64,000 nt of DNA from Eledone cirrhosa (taxonomy: Eukaryota). Shown one piece after another: positions 40,329 to 52,694 of this stretch; the stretch's first letter is position 1; each line of letters opens with the position of its first letter. Location of the stretch: NCBI GenBank assembly GCA_964016885.1, contig OZ024741.1:78554001-78618000 (forward strand). Reading direction: 5' to 3'. A program made the translations under genes and the position numbers. Under the pieces are notes generated by a model. It did no database searches. It saw nothing but the letters and a program-made list of their open reading frames with translations, and had not been told where the DNA came from.

Positions 40329-41110
40329 AGATAAATTAACGGAGGCATAGGCCCTCGCTATTCCCTGTAAATAATGTGCTCAAAGGAGAAGAAATCCTGA
40401 GTTCTTTAAAATACAATATGTTGAAAAGGTAACACACCAGAGAGAGATATACAGTGCGTTATCAATAAAACGGGGGAAAAAACCACCAGTGTATGGAATC
40501 TATAACCTATGAAAGGCAGACTATAGACACGATAATTAAACATATAAATTAAAGCGTAAATAAATACCTCTATAACTATATAACACACGTACAAATCCAA
40601 AGATACTAATCCAAAGATATGTTTCACCAGTAATTTGTTGAAAGAAATGGGTTAGCCTCGGTTCATCAGCGTGTGTATGGCTATACATTTCAGACAACAC
40701 TAAAAGAATTTTAAAATTGACTGTCCAGCTACACGTGGGAGAGAGAAGTCACAGCGTGTTTAAGGGCAGTGAACCAGTGGCCTCTAGGAGCACATTATTT
40801 ACAGGGTATAGCGAGGGCCTATGCCTCCGTTAATTTATCGTGATATTTCGCTCCTAATAACAGTCTTTCCTATCTCTGTTTGGTTGAGCACACTTCTCTG
40901 AGTGGCTTTGGGCTGCCCTTTCTAGCAGTTCGTACCTCAGAGGCCACTGGTTCACTGCTCTTAAACACGCTGTGACTTCTCTCTCCCACGTGTAGCTGGA
41001 CAGTCAATTTTAAAATTCTCTTAGTGTTGTCTGAAATGTATAGCCTTACACACGCTGATGAACCAAGGCTAACCCATTTCTTTCAACAAATTACTGGTGA
41101 AACATATCTT

Positions 41111-41115
<5 letters not shown>
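40326..41115. mobile_element. pLTR/retrozyme-like unit with nested inversions and decayed hammerheads
   Basis: About 40613-40785 is inverted at 40940-41112, and 40326-40381 is inverted at 40788-40845. CTGATGA ACCA...TGGT GAAA CATATC at 41055-41108, with a broken stem I. Confidence 0.7.
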
Positions 41116-41193
<78 letters not shown>

Positions 41194-41247
41194 GTGAGGT
41201 TTTTTTTACAAAATGAAAAATAACCGAGGTGTCCTACACGAGTGGAA

Positions 41248-41555
41248 GTATAAAGAAAAAGGGATGAAATCAAAAATGCAACTGAAGTCTTATTTAAAAA
41301 AAAATATATATATATTTATTTGGTTCCTTTACCGGTTTCGCAGTTCTTCTGCTTTTCAAAAGGTGAGTTGAGATGGGGGGGTCTGTGGTTTTTCTCACAT
41401 CTGATGTGAGAAAAACCACAGACCCTCCATCTCAACTCACCTTTTGAAAAGCAGAAGAACTGCGAAACCGATAAAGGAACCAAATAAATATATATATTTA
41501 AAGAAAAAATAAGACTTCAGTTGCATTTTCGATTTCACCCCCTTTTCTTTATATA
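41248..41555. repeat. Near-perfect palindrome (about 150-bp arms) with a decayed hammerhead in each arm
   Basis: Centre near 41402. CCTT TTGAAAA GCAG-aagaa-CTGC GAAA CCG(G/A) TA AAGG at 41326-41363 (-) and 41440-41477 (+). Confidence 0.75.
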
Positions 41556-41587
41556 TATATATATATACACACACACAGACACACACA

Positions 41588-41704
<117 letters not shown>

Positions 41705-41739
41705 ACACACACACGCACACACACACACATACACATACA

Positions 41740-41953
41740 TATTAATAATAAGCAGGAACGAAGTATTAATAAAACAACATTCTGTTTATTCACATGTGAT
41801 GCGTATTTCGCGATCGATCAGCTCAAGGTACGATCGGTAGTGATTGCTTTCGACTCTGGAATCGATCGCTGATCGATGGCGAAATGCGTGTCACGTGTGA
41901 ATAAACATAATGATGTTATATTGATACTTCGTTCCTGCCCCTTATTAATATTA
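41740..41953. repeat. Inverted repeat (about 80-bp arms)
   Basis: ATATTAATAATAAGCAGGAACGAAGT...GATCGATCAGC is inverted at 41867-41953. A partial copy also lies at 38800-38862. Confidence 0.7.
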
Positions 41954-42020
41954 TCAGTAACACCTCTTCTTAAGGAAATACCAAATGTGGAATACCACAT
42001 CGGAATATGAACCCACATAT

Positions 42021-42453
42021 AGGGAATTTTTAAAACAAATTAGAAAAATATTAGAAAAATATTAGAAAAATATTTAGCATAACGTTTCAAGAACACTTCA
42101 GAATACTTTAAAACATACATATTTCAAAAAGAAAAAAAACTCTGTACAAAGAACGCTTTTAAATGAATGCTTGGAACATCTGTGTATATATGTGCAGCGT
42201 CTTAACTATACACGCTTCCCTGAGTACAGTGTGTGAGTGTAGATATGTGTATACTTATCAATCATACCTTCAAAATAACTTTTTTTGAAAGGCTGTTCCA
42301 AGCATTCATTTAAAAACGTTCTTTATACAGAGTATTTTTCTTTTTGAAATAAGTATGTTTTAAGATATTCCGAGGCTGTGTTCTTGAAACGTTATGCTAA
42401 ATATTTTTTAAATATTTTTCTAATATTTTTCTAATTTGTTTTAAAAAATCCCT
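42021..42453. repeat. Inverted repeat (about 155-bp arms, about 115-bp spacer)
   Basis: 42021-42178 is inverted at 42294-42453. Confidence 0.75.
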
Positions 42454-42474
42454 CCAAGCATTATTTACTGTGAT

Positions 42475-42903
42475 TGTCGCATACAATATAGTTGTGGGTG
42501 TGTACGCGATCGGTGTAGACGAGGGCGCCTAAAGACCGTGAAGACGTCGAAGGTCCGCCAGCTGTTCAAGCATACAACCCCTTACCTACTACAGTAGTAA
42601 TTCCGATCTAAGAAACAAATTTGATTGATAGGTGGAGAATGAAAAGAACCGAATAGTGGACAACCATGAGTGGCTAGAAATATCGATGACGTGTACAATG
42701 CTTGACCACTCATAGAATTACAACAGGATCTAAGCCGACAGGCGAAGGATATCGATGTAAAAGGACATAGGAAAATCTGCTTCGTAGAATCAAGACGTAT
42801 CTGAGGACCTTGCGATTTTCAGAGTCAGGTTCGATCATCACTTCGATCGTGGTCGCCAGAGAAACGATTGTAATATGTCCAATAAATTCAATTCGTCGCA
42901 ACA
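42475..42903 (+). mobile_element. Probable solo LTR (429 bp)
   Basis: TGTCGC...GCAACA termini, AATAAA at 42881, and flanks GTGAT/CTGAT (4/5 TSD). Confidence 0.55.
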
Positions 42904-42925
42904 CTGATTCTCTTTTTTTCTGTGA

Positions 42926-42959
<34 letters not shown>

Positions 42960-43199
42960 ATATATTTAGAAACACACAGATACATGCGGACACACACATA
43001 TATACATGAATGCATCCGCACCCAACTGTGAGTTAAGGGTGCCAACTTCACCGATGTTGCTCAATGAATGACTGGGACAGACCTATCCAGTTGAACTAGA
43101 CTGAACCAGTATCAGAGTTAAAAATACATTATGAAGAGAGAAGAAACATTTAGATATAATTAGTAATAAAATGTATCATACCTAAACTGCTTCTAAATT

Positions 43200-43287
43200 C
43201 CTCGACTACGTAGTTTCGTGGCATAAACAAAAACAATATATCATAAAGATATAGAGTACTTGCGAGGTCTGCCGACTTATCAAGAGG
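43200..43287 (-). ncRNA. Decayed type I hammerhead
   Basis: Minus strand reads CCTC TTGATAA GTCGGC...GCCAC GAAA CTACGTAG TC GAGG, with two core substitutions. Confidence 0.55.
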
Positions 43288-43499
43288 ATACCTCATTTTA
43301 CTAGTCTCAAGAACGCGTCTACACGACGTGAGAAAGAATCCCAAAAGGCGGAGGGGGAGATAGTCACGCGATATAACGGTCGAGAAACAGAGCTAAGCCT
43401 CTTATAACCCCGAAGAAAATACCACGGAGGCGGAGGGGGTATTTATATCGAGGCCGTAGAAGAGGTGGTGTAGGAGGCGAGAAGTATGAGTAATGGAAG

Positions 43500-43540
<41 letters not shown>

Positions 43541-43543
<3 letters not shown>

Positions 43544-44600
43544 TAGCAGAGGTACTCGGCGTTGCTCGGGTATTAAATAGCAGTTGTGTATACCATTTAT
43601 GTCAATACTTCAGTGCTGCTTCGAAAACTATACTTTTACAAAATCATCGGCTTTTTCCAAAAGGGGGTTCCTGCCCCCAAGTGTCCCCTACTCAATATAT
43701 GCCAATTCTGAGAGTTCACATTCATCTGTAGGACAAACGTAGCCCATGTGTCAAGTTTTGTGAAAATCGGTTGCGAACTCCAGAAGTTATGACGTTTTGT
43801 TGCATTGCACTGCAGTGCTTCAGTCGACTCCAAGGAAGTGGTTAAAGGGGGTTATCTGCCGGGAGGCCCTATAATCAATATCTGGAAAAATGAAAGTGCC
43901 CATGACTATCCGGAGTACATAAATAACCTATGTCTTAAGTTTGGTGAAAATACTGTAGAAATGCATAAGGTTTATACATACGCGTGCGTGTGTGTGGTGG
44001 TGGTGGTGGCGGGGGACATGTATTTGTGTGTGCGTATGTATGTGTATGTCCGTCGGGGCATACGTATATACTGGCCTAAATCTTCACTATTTACTTTTAC
44101 TATTTTAATAACCTCTGTCATTTTCGTTTTCAATTTTATTTACATCATTCTTAAACTCCGGGGCTGGAAATCATTCTGTTATTTTAAATAGAATATTAAT
44201 CTAACGGCTCCATTTATACCATAAACCTGGTCTTGTCTTTGCATGAACTTGTTCTTCTCGGTCCTCATAACGACGTATTATCCTCGTTTTTTTCCCGTTC
44301 ATTGCCAGGGAACGTCTTCACGAACCAAAATATCGTCTTCCTGTTTTCCTTAGGTTGCAACGTTTCTCGAAATATTTACTTCTGCGTTCACAGATTACTC
44401 TCAGTTCAATTTGAATGGGAAATTCCTGTTTCATCGATTTTCTCCGTAACTATGGAAGCTTGTAGCTTGAAAGTCGACCCAACGCCTCCGGGTCATTCTG
44501 CATAACTGTGTAAATTTTCGCTGCATTCCACCAAGCCGTTTCAACGTTTTTCCGACTACACCTACATATACAACGTCCGACCACTTTCAATTTATATAGT
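43541..44600 (+). mobile_element. DINE-1/HINE-like non-autonomous rolling-circle element in (TA)n
   Basis: T|ACTAGCAG...CTCGGCGTTGCTCGGG start, repeated AAGTTTTGTGAAAATCGG-type motifs, and a TTTATATAGTA end. Confidence 0.6.
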
Positions 44601-44603
44601 ATA

Positions 44604-44641
<38 letters not shown>

Positions 44642-44935
44642 AAAACAAATAACGAAACGAAATTAAATTTCGTTTCGTTTGTAACTCACTTTTGTATGAC
44701 TGACGCTTAAACAATTAAGTTAAAAATGTACATCTACATATGCATACTGAAATACTAGTGTGTATATGAATACACACACGTATACATATGTAGGTGTACC
44801 AAGTCTTTCACTGGTCGCTTTACAGTGAGCGGCTCAGCTATTCTGTATGTAAACACACAGACAAACCGGTTTTTAGAGTCATACTGGTTTTTCGGGGGAA
44901 CACCTTCCCCCTATTCTCCAGAAAGCCAGACAAGG

Positions 44936-44980
44936 AATATTGAACTAGTTTCGTTGTTGTTACAACTCATCAGCAATATT
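44936..44980 (-). ncRNA. Type I hammerhead ribozyme (minus-strand copy)
   Basis: Reverse complement of 45496-45540. Confidence 0.9.
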
Positions 44981-45495
44981 TACCTATCTACCGGCCTTTC
45001 TGGAGAATTGTAAAAGCACATATCGTTATATGCTTTTTCTATGAAAATTAGTAGTGGGCAGACTAATTTGCATAGAGTGTGAGTACGCACCGGTTCAGCG
45101 GAAGGTGTTCCCCCGAAAAACCAGTATGACTCTAAAAACCGGTTTGTCTGTGTGTTTACATACAGAATAGCTGGGCCGCTCACTGTAAAGCGACCAGTGA
45201 AAGACTTGGTACACCTACATATGTATACGTGTGTGTATTCATATACACACTAGTATTTCAGTATGCATATGTAGATGTACATTTTTAACTTAATTGTTTA
45301 AGCGTCAGTCATACAAAAGTGAGTTACAAACGAAACGAAATTTAATTTCGTTTCGTTATTTGTTTTTATCGTCTCCGCTGAACCGGTGCGTACTCACACT
45401 CTATGCAAATTAGTCTGCCCACTACTAATTTTCATAGAAAAAGCATATAACGATATGTGCTTTTACAATTCTCCAGAAAGGCCGGTAGATAGGTA

Positions 45496-45540
45496 AATAT
45501 TGCTGATGAGTTGTAACAACAACGAAACTAGTTCAATATT
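45496..45540 (+). ncRNA. Type I hammerhead ribozyme (intact)
   Basis: AATATTG CTGATGA GTTGT-aaca-ACAAC GAAA CTAG TT CAATATT, with a perfect 7-bp stem I and a GUU triplet. Confidence 0.9.
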
Positions 45541-45763
45541 CCTTGTCTGGCTTTCTGGAAAATAGGGGGAAGGTGTTCCCCCGAAAAACCAGTATGACTC
45601 TAAAAACCGGTTTGTCTGTGTGTTTACATACAGAATAGCTGGGCCGCTCACTGTAAAGCGACCAGTGAAAGACTTGGTAGACCTACATATGTATACGTGT
45701 GTGTATTCATATACACACTAGTATTTCAGTATGCATATGTAGATGTACATTTTTAACTTAATT

Positions 45764-45831
<68 letters not shown>

Positions 45832-45875
45832 TGACGAAACATAAGTCAATTACATGAACTCATAATCCTTTATTT

Positions 45876-45931
45876 ACTGCTATATATATTTCGATGATAG
45901 CCATTGAATGGCTATGACCTCATCAGCCAGT
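45876..45931 (-). ncRNA. Hammerhead-like motif, partly decayed
   Basis: Minus strand reads ACTGG CTGATGA GGTCATAGCCATT-ca-ATGGCTATCATC GAAA TATATA TA GCAGT. The first pair of stem I is mismatched. Confidence 0.55.
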
Positions 45932-46549
45932 TACTCAGTTCTTAGATATGCCACCTCTGTGTTTATAGTGTTGATGGTATCAGAGCCTTGGGACATATGA
46001 GCTTGTTAGGAATAATTTAATGTTGTCAGTAGAAATAGTCTTAATTCTCATTGGTCAGTTTGTAGATGCTAGTAGGGTTGGTATTTGACCTCAAAGAGGC
46101 AGGTGGTGTTGTAAAGTTCAAACCATCAGGCAAGATGACAATAGTTCCATATGACTGATTTTCACAAAAAGCGTTCCTGGTCAGATATATATTCAATTAA
46201 GGCTAATAGTATGAAATAGATACTACAGGTCATTCTTAAATTGAGGAATTTATGTGTAGTGGTGCTACTGAAAATTATGGTTAGAGTAGAACATTTACAA
46301 ATAAAAAGACTTATGTAGGTTGGCTTGCACGTACACTCACACCCACCTCCACAGACACACACACACATCCACACATACAAATTGAGGAATTAATGTGGGG
46401 TGGTAATACTTAAAATAATGGTTAGAGTCAAATACTTAGATAGTTTAGAAAATTTATAAATAAAAGGCTTATGTTGGTTGACTTGTACATACACTCACAC
46501 CTACCCCCTTCAGATATACACACATCTACACGCTCACATCCATACAGGT

Positions 46550-46937
46550 GTGTGTATATATATATGTACGTACAAGTATATATATATATATATATATAAA
46601 ACATATATATATATATATATATAAAATATATATATATAAAATATATATATATAAAATATATATATAAAATACATATATATATAAAATATACATACATATA
46701 TATAAAATATACATACATATATATATATATATATAATATATATATATATAAAATATATATATAAAATACATATATATATAAAATATACATACATATATAT
46801 ATATAAAATATACATACATATATATATATAAAATACATATATATATATATACATATAAAATATATACATATATATATATATACATATATATAAAATACAC
46901 ATATATACACATATAATATATATATATATATATACAC

Positions 46938-46986
<49 letters not shown>
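46550..46986. repeat. Degenerate (TA)n / ATATAAAATAT minisatellite
   Basis: Direct inspection. Confidence 0.9.
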
Positions 46987-46989
<3 letters not shown>

Positions 46990-48390
46990 CAGGTTCAATA
47001 AAACGTGGTTTTGATGACTCCTAACCAGTAGAGGATCCGGTGGACCATACACCATAGGGACCACAAACTATGGGTGGTTGTTGTTGTCCATTGGTCATTG
47101 GTACGAGGTGTAGGGGACCTACAGGGGGGCGGGTTGTGGGAGGCCTCTTAACCGGGGTTTATCCATATAGCTTGAGGAAAGTTCCCGTCCTTAGGTGTCT
47201 GCAGGCACCGAATAAGTCGGCCCTTCTGTTTAATAGCTTGGTTCCGCGAGTGTCTCACTAAGACAGAGGTTGCAAATACCAGACCCGCCTCTGTCTGGGG
47301 GAACCTTTCTAACCACGGACCAGACCAGAGAGTGCGGGGTCTTTTCAAGTTTGAGCTTCCAGATCAATTCAAAAAGGGCCGTACATTCCCTCTTATCTAT
47401 TCTGTTAAAGGAATGGCGATGGTTATACCACCCATCTTTGAAGCTCGTCGCTGTGGATCCTATGTAGTGGTGCTCCGAGTTAGGTGTTGTGACCTTGCAC
47501 CTGTAGACTACGTTTATCGTCATGCATTCATTACTAAGGGGGCATAGTGATGGGTCTCTGCAATTACATGACTTCTTAAGCCCCACCACATGTACCGCGT
47601 GGTTACCATCACTCGGGGTTGGTTGGGTAGCCTCCGCAATCAGCACAGGGTCGTTGGGTTCCGGTGTGCTAGTTGGGCCTGTCCAGGTTCCGGTGCGTCC
47701 CGCGTGCTGGTTCTGTTGGGTGGCTCCGAGGTTTACGGTGGTATTAGAGGCAGTGAGTCTATTCCTATTTATGCCAGCTATGTGCTGGGCTACGGAGCGT
47801 GTGGTTGAGTAGGAACGTTTCACCGTGTGCCTGTTGAATATGTTATGGTACTTGTGGGCCCTAGGGAAACTTTTATCCAGTACTCTAAAGAATGTTCTAG
47901 CCAGGCTGGTCCTATTCTTGCGGGGTTGTTGGGTGTCCGCCGTGGTCCATCGCGTGGTTGTGCACAGCTCAGGTCGAGCTCGGTTGGTGTCACTCAGGTG
48001 TGCGGAGCGGTCACTATCATGAGGGTTATATGGGCCCACCGTGGGGCTATAAACCTGCGAGGTGCGGCCCCCTGCTCAATTAGAGTTCGGCGGGTGGTGG
48101 GGCCGGTGCAGGGGTGCCTATGCTCCGCAGCACAGTGGTCTTCAGCGTTGTAGGTATTTGACCGGTGGGGTATGCGGGATCTTCTACGGGGGGTGGTGAC
48201 GGATAGGGGTCTGGGAGTGTTACTACTGGTCACCGAGGTATTAGGTGGGGGACTCATGCCCCTAAGGGTATTAGTCCGGGGTACCCTTGGGTCATCTCGA
48301 TCATGTCCCTTAGGGCTGTAGCTGATCCTATGGCTGTGGGACGCCTTGGCTAGCGCTGAGTTATAGTAATCAGCGTTACTATTGAAGATA

Positions 48391-48391
<1 letters not shown>
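46987..48391 (-). mobile_element. Penelope-like element 3' fragment (Neptune-type Cys linker + GIY-YIG) in (TA)n
   Basis: YYNSALAKAS; VLDKSFP..HKYHNIFNRHTVKRSYST; CNCRDPSLCPLSNEC...VVYRC...YIGST..FKDGWYNH...CNLCLSE. Confidence 0.9.
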
Positions 48392-48446
<55 letters not shown>

Positions 48447-49069
48447 AATTTGTATTCCAATGTTACTAAGTAGTTGCATTGGATGGAGTCAACCGACGTC
48501 AGAGATTGCTCAACGTATAATAAAGTGTGTTTTAAAATCCGGAGAAAATATGGAGAAGAAGTTTATGATATGGAAATGCGGGTATAAAGAATTTATTAGG
48601 TAACAATTGTTTCTATAGTGTATGGGTTACCTATACCTCGCTATTTGAATAATATAAAAATATTATCATAAACCGAAGGTACACTGTAAGCAAACACACC
48701 ATGTCGTCAGACCTTTGTATTGGAATGATATGAAAATATTTTATACACTAGATAAAAGAGAAAGAAGGAGGTAGGAAGAGAAGGGGAAGAGGGAAGTGAG
48801 TAAGGTGGAGGGAGTCCTAGGATTTAAGACTGTCAGACTAGTAGAGATTGTAAGGAGAGAATGTTTTGGCAGCAGTTAGCTTAATGAGGCGTGTTAGGGT
48901 TGGCGGGGGAAGTAAATTCTTCTAGTGGTGTTGTTCGGACAAAATTTAGTTAAAGGGGTCAAAGTGGTACAGAGTTACAGACAAGTTATTGGGGCTATTA
49001 TAGTAGCAGGTTATTTCTAAAGGGGTCCAGAAAACAGTGTTTAGTACTATTATTATAGAAAGCCATATC

Positions 49070-49400
49070 TTGTGTATAAACATATAAAACAGAAATTTGC
49101 AAACGGTGGTGTAAAAAGGTAACATTATATGCATTTAAAAAAAGAAAAAGTCGTTTTCAAACGATGGTTACAGTATAGAGAACGTTCAATTTTGCTGTTA
49201 AAAAGTTTGTTTACCGTTTGTTTACCGTTTGGAGATATACTGCATTTTAACGTCGGTAAACAAACTTTTGAACAGCAAAATTGAACGTTCTCTATACTGT
49301 AACCATCGTTTGAAAACGACTTTTTCTTTTTTTAAATGCATATAATGTTACCTTTTTACACCACCGTTTGCAAATTTCTGTTTTATATGTTTATACACAA
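49070..49400. repeat. Inverted repeat (about 147-bp near-perfect arms)
   Basis: 49070-49217 is inverted at 49254-49400. Confidence 0.8.
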
Positions 49401-49439
49401 TATAAGGCTATATATATATATATATAGCCTTATATTGAG

Positions 49440-49771
49440 CTAGAGAGTATGACGCTATTATTTTTTTGTAACTAGTTTTTTGAATCTGACTGATAAAATG
49501 ACAAGTCAATCATATTGGTGACCTTCCCACAGCCCCGGCGGACAAAATATAGAAGGCGTTTCCCCGGAGGACGGCAAGGGAGACGCTCGAAAAGCCATTC
49601 TAACTCGCGCGGCTCACACCTGCGGCTGGCCATCTCAGCGCCTATGGTGGTGAGTAGGGAGGTAGCCCTAGGGCCGAGGACACCAGAAGTCTCCACTGCC
49701 AAGGGTACAACCTCAAACCTGTCGGAGAGCGACCGGTACTTGAAGAGCTTGGCCTCCTCTCTAGTACTGAC
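49440..49771 (-). mobile_element. CRE-clade non-LTR retrotransposon 3' fragment (restriction-like endonuclease C-terminus) in (TA)n
   Basis: EEAKLFKY...FEVVPLAVETSGVLGPRA..LL..IG.......EPRELEWLFERL, the pattern of the CRE RLE C-terminus. Confidence 0.7.
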
Positions 49772-49803
49772 TATATATATATATATATATATATATGAAT
49801 GAC

Positions 49804-49937
<134 letters not shown>

Positions 49938-50066
49938 ATAGAAAACGAAAAATCAGTGATTCATCTGAAGTCAATTTATTGTGTTACAATTGTTTCGCCG
50001 TCGGACAGCTCGAGAAGCGATCATTGTGTGGATCTGTTTGATTCTGGACCCGCAGGTTCGACGGAC

Positions 50067-50128
50067 ACGTCTAATGATTTCGGAGCATATTCTCTCGTGA
50101 GAGAATATGCTCTGAAATCATTAGACGT
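50067..50128. other. 62-bp near-perfect hairpin
   Basis: 30-nt arms with one mismatch (G-U in the + RNA) and a 2-nt centre. Confidence 0.8.
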
Positions 50129-51301
50129 ATTGTTCCTATTATTTTGGGAGTTGCAGACGTTTATAATTTTTCGACAAAAATGTATACTGGGTGCATTTTT
50201 TGTGAGACCAGCACAACCACTTTACGGAATTGACGAGGATATTCTTTGAAGACAGCAACACTAACAATTCATAGGGATGTACCTCGTATATATACACATA
50301 CATAAATACATATGTATATATCCAATGTGTAACTTCTGCTGCTTCTGCTAAGAAGTATCGGTTTGGTGCCAGAGCGCGCGGTTAACCCACCGGAAGTGAG
50401 AAAGTTCTAGTTCTTGTTAGGAAATCCTGTTAGGAAATTCTAGAAAGAAAACTCTGATGTAAAACCTGCAACTCAATGGCAGCCAATGATGTTGACCTGT
50501 TATTCTTTTTGGATACTCGTCACTGTTGTTCAGAGAGTGGGATTGGTCTAGTGCAAGGCTCATCTTCATTTTTAAAAGCTTCAAGCATAGACATCACTTA
50601 ATCTAAATGACATTTATGAGTATTGCGTGAGCATAACTTTTTTTTTCCACTGCAGCATATGCAGAAAAGAATGTTAATCCTTGGCAGGGTTATAAAGTCA
50701 TGTATAAGAAAAAGGTCAAGGGATGGGAATCCTCGAAGCCGAGATGCAGCCATTATGTGTGTATATATACTGATGCAAATTTCTAAGGTAGACATTTCGA
50801 AGGAATACACAGCCGATATGTACAATAATACTTGATTGATCTTATCGATCGTAAAAACATAAAAGACAAAGTATTCACCGATGGAAATTGAATACATAAA
50901 ATTAAAGGGGCGTAACTAAATACCCAGTGTTATATCTACAACCGCTCTTAGTCAAACGCACCGCTTGTTTTTGAGTGGCTTTTGGTTATCTCACTGAACA
51001 TATTTTTTCTACACATTGATCTCCAGACTTTTGGGCTGGATATCGGAAGCAACAATCCCAACAGTTCTGGAATGTCTGTAAAGTTCATGGCCCTATCCTT
51101 GTTACTCTGACAATATAAAAATAAAACGATATTAAAATTTGAAAAGATGACTAAATTATAAAAAAATGAGTTTTCTCCCTTTACAGATTTTTCTTCTATA
51201 GTTATCTCCCGTGTGTATTTATTTAACATATTGATAGCGTAATGGAATACTTTGTTATATTTATTTAGTTATGTCCCTTTGCTTTCTGAGTTCATACGAG
51301 A

Positions 51302-51769
51302 CAGATGTTCTCAAACTTTTACCCTCCTCACTCACGGCTACGTAATACCCTCAGCGCCCCGAACCCTATTTCCAGAGAGACCTACCTACACATAATAAAT
51401 AATATCATTAATTTATATATTTGAAGCATAGAGTTACCTCCCTGTATGATCTGAGTTCAAATCTCACCGAGGTTAACTTTGCCTTTCATCCTTCCGGGGT
51501 CGATAAAATAAAGTAATGCACTGAGTAATTGCTGGCCTTGTGCCAAAAGTAGAAACAATTAATTTATATATAATAAATAATACAATGTATACTATGCATA
51601 AATATATATTTTTATTTTACTATATTTTAAATATATGTATAATTTGATAATTAATATACTATTATATCATCTCTACCGCCCCCTTAGGCCGCAGCGACGC
51701 CTGGACCTTCTCAACGCTGTCCCCCATCTCCAGGGGAAGGGATCGCCACATCATGGCTGAGAAACAGTG
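51302..51769. mobile_element. hAT-like MITE remnant containing a SINE fragment (51448-51560)
   Basis: CAGATGTTCTCA / TGAGAAACAGTG ends, with an internal Nin-like SINE core. Confidence 0.4.
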
Positions 51770-52633
51770 AATATCCGTTTGCTAAGGGAATAAAATGGTT
51801 GACTATAAATTAGGAGACGAGAGTGCTTGCGGGCTATGCGATTCATAGAGACATCCCTCGCAGTTCGGATGGTGGCTTTGCACGGTTGCAGTCTTTGGTA
51901 AAAACCTTCCAGTTTATAGGTGCAGATAATTTCCTCTGGACGTTGTAGGTCTTGCACCTCACCTGAACTGCTGCAATGCATCGATGAGTGAATCATTTGC
52001 AGGTATTTGGGGCTGTGCAGGGGATATGGAGGGAAATGGCACGCTTAAAAGAATGGTTTCAGTCATCCATCTTGCTCTTTCTGATGGTTGAGTGGTGAAC
52101 CATATGTACTGTCCAGGATAGTTAGTGCAGAACTGGCGGAGCTCCGGTTAGTCAGCTGAGATGATGTACCATATGGGTAGAGTGGTGTTGCGTAGTATGT
52201 GAATGTATGATCAGTAGTCACGATGTGACAGTGGTTGAACAACCCGATAGATGGCAGAGACGATAAGTGTTTGGTAGAGGTTGGGTCTAAATGACAGAAA
52301 GATATCAAAAGTATCTGTGTCGATCAGAGATGCATGTAGGGCATGAAACTAATTGATGTATAGAGTTAAGAATTGCAAAAAAATCGGTTTCTGCACCGGC
52401 GGCATCACTGTATGATGAGTGTGAAAGCCAAGAAGAATTGTGAGCATTGAATAGATTGAGGTCGATGACATCAGAGCAAGGTGAGATGAGGAAAAATATA
52501 GTCGAAGAGTTGTTGATGGTTGTAGGAGTTTAGGGAGAGGCAGAAGAAGCAAATGTATTTGGATGATTGTGTGTGTGTGTGCGAGAGTATGTATGTGTGT
52601 GTATGTATGTATTTGTATGTGTGTATGCGTGTT

Positions 52634-52694
<61 letters not shown>

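Larger units (their letters stand above)
44641..45768. mobile_element. 468-bp hammerhead-containing unit: one inverted copy plus about 1.4 tandem copies, in (TA)n
   Basis: 44641-45102 is inverted relative to 45100-45768. GGAAGGTGTTCCCCCG recurs at 45100 and 45568. Confidence 0.88.
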
